Made by a program: the position numbers and the translations under genes. 64,000 bases of DNA from Paraspadella gotoi (Eukaryota; Animalia; Chaetognatha): NCBI GenBank assembly GCA_051294375.1, contig CM119264.1, positions 30,355,656 through 30,419,655 on the forward strand, given 5' to 3'. Positions 26,111-40,027 of the stretch are shown here, one piece after another. A model generated the notes under the pieces. It was given only the letters and a program-made list of their open reading frames with translations, was not told where the DNA came from and made no database searches. Position 1 is the first letter of the stretch, and each line of letters begins with the position of its first letter.

Positions 26111-26436
26111 TTACTTATACTTAATTTTACACCGCAAGTCTCTGAAATTAAGAAGGAATAAGTTATAAAAAAAAGGGAAAAAAAGGAAAATTCTATCCTA
26201 ATTAATTTCTATCGGAAAAAAAATCTGATTAAAAAAAAAAAAATTGGCTGCTTTTGCTAAATAAGGATAACGAGAATTTATCACCAACGTCGAGAAAATT
26301 CTTTTTTTTTCTTTCTCTCGCGTAACGAAGTGAAACTAAAAATTGTATGAGAAGAAGATGACAAGCGGTTAATCTCGATGCAAAGAGAAGACCCAGGGAG
26401 TTTCTCAAGGATCAAGGACGTACTTTGGGGTCTTAA

Positions 26437-26658
<222 letters not shown>

Positions 26659-26919
26659 TGAGTGAAGATTAGTGTATTAGTGTATTATTTTATTGTATTT
26701 TATTGTAAAGTATTGTATTGTCACTTAGAATACTGTCATTTAATGCGTGCGCTCTTTTTTATTTTTTTTTAATTCTGATTAATTGCAAGGTCGGCTTGTA
26801 CTTAGACATTAAAGCGCTTGAAACTGGAATAAAATTGAATTACTATATTATTACATTATACTATATTTGTATAATATAAAATTTTTTTAAAGCTGCGACG
26901 AGACATAACATAACATAAG

Positions 26920-27195
26920 TCTGGTACAGACTGGGACAAACTGAGACAGAATGGGACAGACTGGGACAAACTGAGACAGAATGGGACAGACTGGAACAGA
27001 CTGGAACCGACTGGGGTAAACTGAGACGAGGAGATACTGAAACAGATCGGGACAGACTGGAACAGATTGATTCAGGTGGGCACAGTCTTGGACAGACTGG
27101 AACGAAAGGGGGCAGACAAAGAGATAAACAGGAACAGACTGGAACAGACTTGAAAAGTCTCGAAAGTCTGGGATATTCTGGAACAGACTGGGACA
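26920..27195. repeat. 10-bp (GG[G/A]ACAGACT)n minisatellite in an ARHGAP39 intron
   Basis: Tandem units, mirrored at ~35385-35665 in the inverted copy. Confidence 0.85.
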
Positions 27196-27221
27196 TTCCC
27201 GACAGCTTCGCGTTTTTGTTG

Positions 27222-27264
<43 letters not shown>

Positions 27265-27470
27265 GCTCTCTCTACCTCTCTCTCTCTCTCTCTCTCTCTC
27301 TGCTCTCTCCGCCGTCGCGCAGTAAAAACTAACTGTATTTATTATTTTTTGTGTCCCCTAAAATGGGCCTCCGTCTGAGCCTTTATGGCCGGGCAGTTAT
27401 GACCCTGTATAATGGTTACGACTCTTCGTTCGGAATCCCTGGGATCATTTCGCCCATTTCATAGAATTCC

Positions 27471-27531
<61 letters not shown>

Positions 27532-27668
27532 CTCTCCTCTCTCTTTTTGTTTCTCTTCTTTTTCTCCTAGATTTTTTATGTTCCTTTTTTTCCCGCCCTC
27601 AATTTTCTCTCCTCGTTCCAACGTAAATCTCTGGGCTTTCCTTATTTCCTCTAACTTTTATCTCTCTC

Positions 27669-27726
<58 letters not shown>

Positions 27727-28226
27727 TCTCACTAATCATTCCTGCGTTTTTCCCTTCCGACGCCACTTTTTCTTTATCTTCTCTCCCCACTAACCACCCC
27801 ATTTCTCCTTTGTTTCCCTCTTTTCTTTTATTTCTCTCGTCTCCTCTCTCTCTCCTCCTCCTCATCCTCTCTCTCTCTCTCTCTCTCATTCTTCCTCTTC
27901 TCTCTGGCATCCCCTCAATCTTCCCATTTTTTTCTCTATTGTTTTCCTCACCCTTTTTTTTCTTTCTCTCTCTTCTTTTTTAAAAAAAAATCTTTATCTT
28001 TCTTTGACGAAAATCTTTTTTTGCCTCATTTTGTTCTAAAATGTTTATACAATAACAGAAGTCTCTTCGTTCTCAAAAGCTAATTATAATTTATCTCTGT
28101 CCCAAGCCCATACACATTTGTACCACAGCCCACTGTCTTTTCAATTGTCCATTTTACCTTAACCCTGAACGCGTTTGCAATGTTTCGTCTTCTGCTCATG
28201 TCTCCATGACTTCCTCAAAATAAAAG

Positions 28227-28346
28227 GGAGCTATACGAGCCTCTAGTTCCGGCCGACTTCTATTCCGACTTCATCTCCAACTTCAACGATGCAGACGCCA
28301 TCTTTAAATTGATCTGGGATTTGCCAGAACATCAAACCGCGCCACG
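28227..28346 (+). CDS. ARHGAP39: ARHGAP39 RhoGAP exon (ELYEPLVPADFYSDFISNFNDADAIFKLIWDLPE...), 3' end lost in N gap
   Basis: Matches ELEEPLIPHEFY...LPRINR. The missing end (NRHVLAYLVRFLQ|GT) can be read in the inverted copy at ~34200-34250. Confidence 0.85.
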
Positions 28347-29129
28347 NNNNNNNNNNNNNNNNNNNNNNNNNNNNNNNNNNNNNNNNNNNNNNNNNNNNNN
28401 NNNNNNNNNNNNNNNNNNNNNNNNNNNNNNNNNNNNNNNNNNNNNNNNNNNNNNNNNNNNNNNNNNNNNNNNNNNNNNNNNNNNNNNNNNNNNNNNNNNN
28501 NNNNNNNNNNNNNNNNNNNNNNNNNNNNNNNNNNNNNAACAAATTTGGTAGTAGATTAGATTAGATTACTGTTTTTACAGTTCATAAATTGAATAGTTAT
28601 GATTCAATAAAGTAATTTTTTTTCTACTAATTTTTGCATTATCGAAAAAAAAGCCTTGTTGTGCTTGAAACAAAAGATCATACGAGGGAAAGATGGCTTG
28701 CCCTCTGCAGTAACAGCTAATAAATTAATTAAATTAATATTAAATTAAATTCAATTAACTTAAATTATCCCTGTCCCCCCAGTCCACCATCCCTTCGCCC
28801 CACCGACCGTCAACGCAACCCTTCCCCTTCACATATCACTTCCCCCCCGTCCATTTTCCTTTCCCCCGTCCCACCCGATCCCTCCCCCCGTCCTCCATCC
28901 CTCCCCTACCACATCCCATTCCCCATTCACTACCAACCATCGCCTTCCCCACACGTCCAATCTCATACTAACCTTCCACCCACCATCCACCATCACCTAC
29001 ATACCGCACCACATCCACCAATCCCTTCCCACACAAATCCAACCATTACCTTCCCCTCCATCCCTTCCCCCGCACCTTCACCAAAACCCATTCCACTATC
29101 TCCCACTCACTGGATCACCACACTCCCAC

Positions 29130-32100
29130 TACCCCCGATCAATTCATTTGATCGCAACACAATACTCTCTAGCACCACTCCGTCCGCCCACCATCAGCTA
29201 ACACACGTCATCCCTGCCTTACACCTCGACTGCCTAAGTGACGGCTGAGTCTCGCACTCTCTATCGTTCCTCTTCTTCTCAGCACATTCGTGTCACCAAA
29301 TTGATCCTCTCCCTGCACACAGACCCAGTTCATCCACACTCTCAGAACTGACCACGACGACCACGTCTCTCAATGTTCGCTAGAATGCGACTTCCTCCAA
29401 GCCGCCTGCACTGTTGCACGCGGATGGACCCTGTCACGTCCACCTCCCCGACAGCATTCTTTCTTCACGCAAATTCGTCCAAAATCACCCATAGCACACG
29501 CGCAGGTACTACCGGTATATCGTTCCCACAAGAACTGTAAGCACTTACTCCTCGCTATTACGGCCTCATGTGCACACAGAATAGCCGGCCATCTGCTCAT
29601 GCGCCTTCCCATCCAATATTTCGCCCCACGCTCAATTGTCACACTCTCGGCGAAAATCGCTAATAATTATTAATACCAGCATCCACCATTGCATAGTCTT
29701 CCTATTTTTTCAAACAGAAGTGATTTCCACGATGCATATGTTACTCACTTCCCCTCCCTAGCTATAATAATATACGCATCTCATGCCCTTTCCCCTCCAA
29801 ATATCAGCAATCCATTCCACTTCTCATGCGCTATCGATGACCAATTTTCAACTACGTGCTGTGTTACTCCGCGCGCGATTTCGAACTATCTTTACATGCC
29901 CTTTTGTTTCTCTTCCCATACCAAACAACCACATCAGTGCGCCAACTCCCGCCAACATCACGATCTTTATCACGCTCCGCTCCCTCAAGTGAGAGATCAG
30001 TCAACTTACTACCACTGACCGAGGCCTGCTACAGTGAATGAGACTCTGTATATCAGTTCTTCACCAGCAGACTATGCTGAGTGACAATTGATGCGCGCCC
30101 ACAAGAACGTACATTGCTGATTACTCACAAGCTTTTACCTATTGTGAGTCCTGGAGGTACTGCATCTAACCATATCGTGCGCCGTCTAATCTTTATTTTC
30201 CGCAATCTAATACACGAGAGAGTTAAAGACAGATTTGTTATTATGGGATTAGTGTAATCACAGAGTAAACTAGATTTCGATACGAGAGAATGATGATGTA
30301 TATAACACGTCCCATTATCATCAGTAGGTAGAGTGTGCTACACTTGGCTTCATGCCTGATCTTAACGCCATAGACTCACAGACTGCGGAAGATGGGATCA
30401 CGTGAGCGGACATATTGCGTGCATTGGCAACTGGAGTGTTGTCACAGTGCAGTGTCGCTGGCTTTTTATGACCGCGTAAAGCAGTAACAACGAGCATACA
30501 ACGGTTGGACATTCGGCTTTACATGTGAGAGAGACGTGAAATATATATAACCAAAAAACTCTGTGCGATGGAACTACTCCTCCATCTTCTTCTTCTTAAA
30601 CTCCTCTCTCTCTCTGCGTATCTTCGTCTCTCATCGCTTTCGCCCTCTCCATTTCCTTACTCCTCTCTCTCTCATCCATTCCTCGTCTCCGTGCCTCTCT
30701 CCACATTACTTTCTGCGCGTAAACTCCGTCTCTCCCTAACCTTCCCCTACTCAGCAGTGCGTCTTCCTCCGCTCTTCATCTCTCAAATCACTTCAGGTAC
30801 TTCTGGTATAGCCGTCCCCACCAATATTAACAAATCTCTCTTATCAAGAATACAATACGTACACAAGAAAAAAAACAGCAAAACACTACTTCCTCAGTGG
30901 ATATCTGGCGATCGAGACAGTTGGTACCATTTGACTTATTTTCGACCAAATCATTCTAGATCTTATTACGATATAGAAATCCAAACGTCTATTGCACAGA
31001 AATTATTTCCAAACGACTAACATGAAAAAAACGTAATACTACAAACTAACGGACATATAGAATTTTTGTATTCTGACACATACGAACTTTCTTTACGTCA
31101 CACCGGGGAACACGACTGCTCCGAATTCTCTCCAGTTCCTCTGCGTCTTCGGATCCATACAATCCGCTATTTTATTGAATTCCTTAACTCCGGCTTCTCA
31201 CCAAAAATGAGCAAGTGACAACCCTATAACGAACTTTCTTCCTTTCATTTATCACAAAATAGAAACATCGCTAATAAAACCTTTTTGCAAGCTCAGTAGA
31301 ATTTTCAAAGTGTGTCTCAATTCCCGCACGTGTCAGGAATCTATTTCTCCTCACATTTATGAACAACTCGGCCACTCATGTCCTCAGTATGGGCCATCCA
31401 AGACCAGAGCACTGCGCCTGACACATTTGCTTTCTTAACATTTTCTAGGTATATGCGCGAAGTAAATTCCATCCTAATATAGGCCATTGTAAGAAATACA
31501 GAAGAAAAATTTAGCGCAAAGAGTTTACTGCAAATATGGCGGCTCGCTTTCACCTTTAATCATTTTCTTTCCGTGACCTAAGTCCAACACTAAAACTTTC
31601 ATGAAAAATATATGTTCTCTTACAAATATCGCAATCCTCGCCATTCTGCCACAGACCTCAGATCCTCTGTCTCCTAACTCCCCAGTGATCGCCGCTTCTG
31701 AATAGATGACGACCAGCTCTCGCCTGAGCAGACTACATACCACATTGAAACGTCTTACCACTATCGCTACGGCGCCTTTTCCTAGTCTGTCTTTCAGCTT
31801 ACAGCATTCATTTCGGCCACGTAGCAATCTTGAAACATCTACTGCTCCCCAGAATGTATTATATGTAGAAAAGAAGCCCTGAGCTTTGAAGTCCCCACAG
31901 CTTGATAATTCGATCTAACACGAATACAAACATAAACATTGATATTTGGATTTCTTGATCAGATGTTTCACGAAAGACTACTTCTTCGTATGCTATCGAA
32001 CCTGAGTCCCTAACTTATTTTATATATGTCATGAAAAAATGACGAAGGATGAAATCCTATCGAGCCTTTAACAGAGCGTTGAAGAGTACCAAAAAATGGA

Positions 32101-32335
32101 ACAGAGTGACCGCTCTATAAGATAACAGCAAGCACTGCGAACGCGAGTTTGTGTTTATCTGAGCTAGAGCCGACAGTTAAGGCAAAATATTGTAGGTTAA
32201 AGATTAAATTTGTTTTCAAATTAAAAAACAGTAACATCAAAATATAATATACTGTCTCTCACCCTACTCTCCAATATCTGACATAAATCCTGGGACCACT
32301 TAATTCCTCCACACTCTTCTCTTTCTGTTGTGTAT
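29130..32335. other. Low-quality (raw long-read-like) gap-fill sequence
   Basis: Composition is scrambled. About 31.0-32.3 kb is an insertion-riddled same-strand copy of 36.15-36.97 kb (e.g. 32193-32265 vs 36893-36950). Confidence 0.7.
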
Positions 32336-32360
32336 NNNNNNNNNNNNNNNNNNNNNNNNN

Positions 32361-32540
<180 letters not shown>

Positions 32541-32579
32541 CGCTGTCACGGCGNNNNNNNNNNNNNNNNNNNNNNNNNT

Positions 32580-32620
32580 TTTTTTTTTTTGAAAAAATGT
32601 AAATTGTGAGTAAAAATAAT

Positions 32621-32676
<56 letters not shown>

Positions 32677-32707
32677 GAGAGAGAGAGAGAGGAAAGAGAG
32701 AGAGAAA

Positions 32708-32779
<72 letters not shown>

Positions 32780-34863
32780 AGAGAATTTGATTTTTCCTCC
32801 ATTCGCCGCATCCACGTGATACGACGCTTTCTTTCGCACCGCCGTGACACCGTCTCAACCCTCCCACCGCGTGACAGCGTCACACGACGCCCTCCATGAA
32901 GGACGTGTCCATCTTCTCGATCAACATCCTCACCATCCAACATCTTTTCCTCGTGTTGTCGAAAATCACAGCGAAGGGATCGTCGGACTCAACAAACGCA
33001 AGACGTTTGGCCGCCATCACCAACGCGAAGACTGTTCACGTCCATACCTTCGTGGCGGAGGCGTCTCTGGCGGCGGCGAAGACCTGTGGGGGGAAGGGAT
33101 GGTGGGAATGGGGGGAAGGCATGGTGGATGTGGGGGAAGGGATGGTAGCGTGGAGGAAGGGATGGTGGATGGGGGGAAGGATGTGGACGGGGGGGGGGGG
33201 GAAGGGATGGTGGACCGGGGGGGGCGGGGGAGGCGGGGAAGGGTTGAGGCTGGGGGAAGGATGGGGGAAGGGATGGTGGATTTGGGGGGAGGGAGGTGGG
33301 ACTAGGGGAAGGGATGGTGGATGGGAAGAAGGGATGGTGAACGGAGTGGAAGGGAATGGGACGGAGTGGAAGGGATTGTGAGGGGGGAAGGAAATGGTGG
33401 AATCGGGGGAAGGGATGGTGGACGGGGGGAAGGATGGTGACGGGGGAAGGGAATGGAGGGAAGGAATGTGGAATTGGGGGGGAAAAAAAAAGGGATGGTG
33501 GGACGTGGAGGAAGGGGATGGTGGATTGGGGGGAGGATGATGGAACGCGGGGGGAGCGATGGTGGAATTGAAGGGAAGGGAAGGAGGGAGATGGAGGACG
33601 GGGGAAGGGATGGTGACGGCGGGGAAAGGAAAATGGGGACGGGGGGAAGGATGATGTGAAGGGGAAGGGTTGCTGAACTGGGTGGAACGGGGCAAGGGAT
33701 GGTGGAATGGGGGAAGGAATTAATTAAATTAATTCAATTAATTAATTAATTAATTAATTAATTATTACTGCAGAGGGCAAGCCATCTTTCCCTCAGTATG
33801 ATCTTTTTGTCTTCAAGCACAACAAGGCTTTTTTTTTCGATAATGCAAAAATAGTAGAAAAAAATCTACTTTAATTGAATCATAACTATTTCAATTTATG
33901 AACTGTAAAAAACAGTAATTAATCTAACTCTACTACCAAATTTGTTACCTAAAAATAGACCATCGTTTCCAAACTAAAGACAGTTCAACGACGAATCGAA
34001 CGGGCGCGAGCCCTACGAAGGCATAGAAATAATAAACAATTTCTCAACAACATTTCGCCCAAATAGCAATCATCTTGTAACGTATAATCTCACTACACTT
34101 TGCGCCAATCATCTTTCTTCCGCCGCCTCTATTTCAACCAATCTCAGTTCGACATCGTTGGCCAATCGTCTTTCTTTCCCGCCTCTTCCGATTCGAACCA
34201 ATCACCTGCGCAAGAATCGGACGAAGATAGGCGAGCACGTGGCGGTTAGTTCTGGCAAATCCCAGATCAATTCAAAGATGGCGTCTGCATCGTTTGAAGT
34301 TGGAGATGAAGTCGGAATAGAAGTCTCGCCGGAACTAGAGGCTCGGTATAGCTCCCTTTTAATTTTGAGGAGTCATGGAGACATGGAGCAGAATACGAAA
34401 CATTGAAACGCCCGTGTTCAGGGTTAACGTTAAAATGGACAATGAAAAAGACAGTGGCGTTGGTACAAAGGTATGGGGCGGGACGAGAGATAAATTATAA
34501 TTAGCTTTTGAGACGAAGAGACTTCGTGTTATGTATACATTGTTAGAACAAAATGAGGCAAAAAAGATTTTTCGATCAAAGAAAGATAAAGATTTTTTTT
34601 TAAAGAAGAGAAGAAAAAAAAAAGGCTGAGAGAAACAATTAGAGAAAAAAAATGGGAAATGATTTGAGGGGATGCCAGAGAGAGAGAGAAGGAGAGAAGA
34701 TGAAAGAGGAGAGAGAGAAGAGAGGAGACGCCAATGAATTAAGAAAATGAGGGAAACAAAGGAGAGAAATGGTGGTGGTTAGTTGGGAAGAGAAAGATAA
34801 GAAAAGTGGCGTGGAAGGGAAAAACGTGAGGAGATGAATTGAGAGGAAGAGAGAGAGAGAGAG

Positions 34864-34899
<36 letters not shown>

Positions 34900-35307
34900 T
34901 AGAGAGATAAAAGTTAGAGGAAATAAGGAAAGCCCGAGATTAGCATCATTACGTTGGCAACGAGGAGAGAAATTGAAGCGGCTCGGGAAAAAATGAGAAC
35001 ATAAAACACCAATCTAGAGAGAAAAAGGAGAGAAAAGCAAGAAGTTAAGAGAGAGAGAGAGAGAGAGAGCAGAGAGAGAGAGAGAGAGAGAGTTGGAATT
35101 CTAGGAATATGGGCGAAATGATCCCAGGATTCCGACGAAGCAGTCGTAAACCATTTACAGGGTCATAACTGCCCCGGCCATAAAGGCTCAGACGGAGGCC
35201 ATTTTAGGGACACAAAAAATAATAAATACCAGTTAGTTTTTACTGCGCGACGCCGAGAGAGAGAGAACGAGAGAGCAAGATGAGACGAGAGCGCCCGGAG
35301 AGAGACG

Positions 35308-35341
<34 letters not shown>

Positions 35342-36125
35342 CAGAGAAGACAACAAAAAACCGCCAGCTAGTCGGCGAATGTTCTCCCAGTCTGTTCCAG
35401 AATTATCCCAGACTTTCGAGCTTTTCACAGTCTGCTTCCCAGTCTGTTTCCTGTTTATCCCTTTGTCTGCCCCCTTTCGCTGTTCCAGTCTGTTCCAAGA
35501 CTGTGCCCCACCTGAATCAATCTGTTCCAGTCTGTCCCGATCTGTTTCAGCTATCTCCTCCCGTCTCAGTTTACCCCAGTCGGGTTCCAGTCTGTTCCAC
35601 TCATGCCCATTCGTCTCAGTTTGTCCAGTCTGTCCCATTCTGTTCAGTTTGTCCCAGCTCTGTACCATACGACTTATTGTTATGTTATGTCCTCGTCGCA
35701 CTTTAAAAAATGTTTATAACTTACTAAATATAGTATAATGGTAATAATATAGAATTCAATTTTATTCCAGTTTCAAGCGCTTTAATGTCTAAGTAGCAAA
35801 GCCGACCTTCGCAATTAATTCAGAATTTAAAAAAAATAAAAAAGACGCCACGCATTACAATGACAGTATTCTAAAGTGACAAATACAATACTTTACAAAT
35901 AAAAACAAATAAAATCAATACCACTAATACACAATCTTCACTCACGCTGTACCAACAGTTTTAGCAATGAACTCGGGACGTGAGGATTCTGTGATCCGAG
36001 TTTCTCCCTCGATTTCAGTCGTTTTTCAAATTCCTTTGAATTTTCAACTCTTCAAAAGCGTTTGACTTCCTCTATGTCCCCGGGATTCTGACGACGACTG
36101 ACGAGACGCAGAGACGCAGAGAGAA
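32580..36125 (-). other. Inverted, indel-rich copy of the last three ARHGAP39 exons, introns and 3' flank
   Basis: Reverse complement of 26490-~29100 and 32361-32553, differing mainly by scattered 1-nt indels. Breakpoint lies in a (GA)n tract. Confidence 0.85.
33088..33718. repeat. G-rich ~21-bp minisatellite (GGGGAAGGGATGGTGGA...) abutting the last-exon acceptor
   Basis: Tandem degenerate units; noisy C-rich counterpart at ~28780-29130. Confidence 0.8.
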
Positions 36126-37127
36126 GAGAGAAGAGAGAGAGAAAGGAGAAAGCGGCCTAGAAGAAAAAAAAAACTACTGTAGTCTGTACTGTATCGAACT
36201 GATTACAAAAAATCTATGAAATTTACGAAAAGAAAAGAAAAACGAATAATTTTTGTATTTAAATACGATTTTTCGTCGGAAAGACGCGATTCTCTCAGTT
36301 TTTGTCTTCGTTTATTTATTGAATTTTACCAAAAATGTGCTAAACCTATAAGATTTTTTCTTTGTTTATCAAATAGAAAATGTTATAAAACGCTTTTTAA
36401 ATGAATTTTCAAATTTCCTCATTCCTGTCAGTTTTTTTTATGTTGCTGATTTCGTCGCCTTGTCTCAGTATGTCTCAGTATGTCTAAGTTTGTCTAAATT
36501 CAGATTGAATTAATCTTTAATTTAGGATTTGTAAGTACAGAGAAATTTACGAAATTACGAAAAGTCGCTTTCATCTTATCATTTTTTAAAAATTAATTTA
36601 AATTATTTTAAATTAATTCATTTAAACTCGTCTTTTTTCAACCTGTTATCGTTTGAAATACATGTTAAACAATTTACATTAACTCTTACATTATCTCCGT
36701 TTTTTTTTCATAAGCCATTTTAATTTGACTACTGTCCTGTTTTACGGCCTTTGAAGTCCATTGTAATAAAATACACGTAATTTATTAAAATTTATGCTTA
36801 TTTTAATATCATTTTTTAAAAATATTTTATCATTAGTAAGAAAAAGAAAATAGAGAAAGCTCGCAGGTTTTATGACTTAGTGATTTAGATATTAGGTTAA
36901 GATTAATTTGTTTTCAAATAAAAAATAAATATTAACTGTCTCTCACCCTTTTCTCAAAACTTTAATTCCATGTACGTTATACAACATTGCGAAAACATTT
37001 AGCAAATAACGATTGGTTAAAAATAGACTTGTGTATCAAGAGTTGTTGCGAGATACTCTGAACGGCAGACCTCCCGCGCAGTACGGATTCGCCAGAGCTG
37101 AAGTCAGAAATAGTTTCGCTTCGCTTA

Positions 37128-37545
37128 ATGGATAACGGATAAATGGATATGAAGAAAATAAAGGATGAAATGGAAAAAGGGATAAATAAACGGATAAAGG
37201 GAAAATGGGATATAAAAACAAAGGGAAAATGGATAAAAGGGATAAACGGATATAAAGAAAATAAAGGATGAAAAGGGGAAAAGGGCTAAATAAATGGATA
37301 AAGGAAAAAAGAGATATAAAAACTAAGGGAAAAATGGATAAAGGGATAAAGGATTAAATGGATAAAAGGATAACGAGATAAAAAGCTAAAAAAATATATA
37401 TAAGAAAGAGATCAGAATGAATGCTGAATGGATAAATAAAGGATTTAAACGGATAAATGGATGAATAAATAAATGTAGATAATGGAAGATGGAAAACCGG
37501 ATAATGGATAAATGGATAAAGAGAAAAAGGTCAAATGGATAAAAC
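37128..37545. repeat. Degenerate (GGATAAA[A/T])n purine-rich repeat
   Basis: Repeated GGATAAA units. Confidence 0.75.
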
Positions 37546-38479
37546 CAGTAGAAGAACGACTGTGAGAGGAGGCGTCGACTGATGGTTCGAAATCTCTGAC
37601 CCATTGACGAGATGCCACGCCCATTATGATCACAAGAGATTTCAATTGAGTGATACCGTATCCCCGCTAATAGACTTTTATTTTTAATACTACCAAGTTT
37701 TCGTCGTCGTCTTTTACTTACCTTATGATATTGTTTCTTGTTGTTTTGCTAAGATTAGAAGGTAAGTTTATCTTCCTCGCTTCCCAGTCACGTGCCAACC
37801 GAAGCTTCGGCGGCTGTATTGGATAATCCTACCCAGGCTCCCAGGGGCATAAAAATATATATTTTTTTAAGGAAAGTCAATAATAGTTTAGTGATTTCGT
37901 CATTAATCAGGGCATGTATCACCTTCGAAACGAAAACTTTTAACTCGCGACCTTACCATTGCTCCCAACCTCCAGACGGAACTTACCCTTATCCCCAACC
38001 TCACCCACGGCAGGACTTCGTCCGCAGCAGACCGTTGTAGCGGCGGCGGCGGCGGCGACGGCGGCTGCAACGGCCTTGATCTGGGTCATTAAAACCTCGT
38101 TCCACGTCGCCACGACTCCGACACACCGAGATTAAATGAAAATCAACGACTTTTAAAACTCGGGGTCGCACGACTTTTTTTAAAATTCGACTGGAGGGAA
38201 TAAAGTTCAACTCAATCGTCGTTGTTGTTGTCGTCGTTCTGGACGTCGTCATCGTCGTCGTCGCTTCCGTAGTCGTCGCTGTTATGGTCATCGTCATTGT
38301 TGTCGTTTTTGTCATTTTGATGGTCATCTTTATCATTGTCGTTGTTCGTTGTGGTCGTCGTCATCGTCGTCGTTGTTTTCGTTGTCGGATCCCAGTCGAA
38401 AGTGATAGCGTTTAAAAAATGGGTAAGAAAAGCTGATGGATGTAGAGGGTAAGTTAAATGGAAGCGCTATGCAGCGGAG

Positions 38480-38525
<46 letters not shown>

Positions 38526-39163
38526 AAGAGAGAGGAGAGAGAGAGGTAGCAGTGAGAGAGAGTGAAAAGAGGAGATAGAAAAAGAGAAGAGGATGCAGAG
38601 AGTGTGAGAGAGAAGAATAGAAGAGAGAGAAGGAGACAGAGAGAGAGGAGTGAAAAGGAGGAGAGAAAGAGAAAGAGGATGACAGAGAGGAGAGAGAGAG
38701 AGAAAGAGAGAGAGACAGAAAGAACAGAAAGAGAGAAAGAGGATGACAGAGAGAGACAGAAACAGAGAGAGAGAGAAAAAGGACGACAGAGAGGGAGAGA
38801 GAATACAGAGAGAGAGAAAGAAAGAGGATGACAGAGAGGGAGAGACAGAAACAGAGAGAGAGAGAGAAAGAGGAAGACAGAGAGAGACAGAAACAGAGAG
38901 AGAGAGAGAAAGAGGAAGACAGAGAGGGAGAGAGAGACTGCAAAAGTGATGAGTGATGCAGTTTTCCAAAGAACACCCAAAAGCAGATAAGATATTTCAT
39001 CAGGGACGAAGTATCAAAGGAAGACCATCCCTCTGTCCCCCGCTGCGTAGCGTAGCGCACCGCAGCGTAGCGCTGGGACTCAGGGTCTCGGAGAAAAATT
39101 CAATTCTGAAAATTTTTCTCTCTCGCCCTCCAGAGCAATCTCGGGCAAAGCTCAATTACCATA

Positions 39164-39204
<41 letters not shown>

Positions 39205-39734
39205 CGTCTTTCAATCCCCCATTTCACGAACTCGTGTTTCCCTGAAATTCGTATGAAAATAATTTTCTTTTTTCCCGACGAATATTCATATTTTTTATTT
39301 CTTTAAAATGAGTACCCGTAAGTTCACATATTTGCACCGCTCCGATTTGTTTTTATATATATATTTTCAGAGCCCTGGGTTTGTATCTCAAAATTCCAGG
39401 GATATCGACATGAAATCAAATTAAATTTTTATTGAAGGAAAATATGACAGAAGATGTCAATATTTAGACAGAGTGAATGAGAAGAGAATCAGCAACAATT
39501 AATAAATGATAATATGATTAATAATTAAAGTAAATTTTCAGTCTATTTACCATTAGCCGAGTTTATGTAACCATGTTGCTCAGCTAATAAGAGAGTTTAT
39601 TCTTTTGATCTAGTTTCTGATTTTTTTATTATAATTCAAGATGATCAAGTAATAACCAGTTAAGATTTGTGCACATTAAGCATCTTAAGGTATTAAAAAA
39701 ATAATACTTAGTTATGAGCATTGAAATATTTAGA

Positions 39735-39817
39735 TGGAGAGACTGGCGGACAGACGGACCGACCGACGACTTATAGGACTGGCTCCGAGAGTACTCGCGG
39801 CGCGACCATAAAAAAAA
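39735..39817 (+). mobile_element. DINE/HINE-like 3' end
   Basis: GACTGGCGGACAGACGGACCGACC..., then the CCGAGAGTACTCGCGG hairpin and an A-run. Confidence 0.55.
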
Positions 39818-39980
39818 GTTAAAACTATTTCAGGAGAGAGATGTCGCTCTCAAATTTTCCGCGTCAAAAAGATCTGAGCGGAAAAGAAGAAAATTGGAGT
39901 TTTTTTTACGAGAACACGTGACCTGGAACGTAAGGAGCGAATGAAAAATGTTAACAAATTATTGGGCGTGGCTTGGTGAA

Positions 39981-40027
<47 letters not shown>

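Noticed and set aside
26861-27196. Cys-rich repeat ORF (SVSVCPSL...) and its mirror at 35280-35738
   Set aside because: Translation of a 10-bp intronic minisatellite.
29370-31827. Several 60-150 aa ORFs
   Set aside because: They lie in noisy gap-fill sequence that is partly a corrupted copy of 36.15-36.97 kb; no recognisable motifs.
33036-33695. 219-aa Pro/His/Ser-rich extensin-like ORF
   Set aside because: Intronic G-rich minisatellite adjoining the inverted ARHGAP39 last exon.
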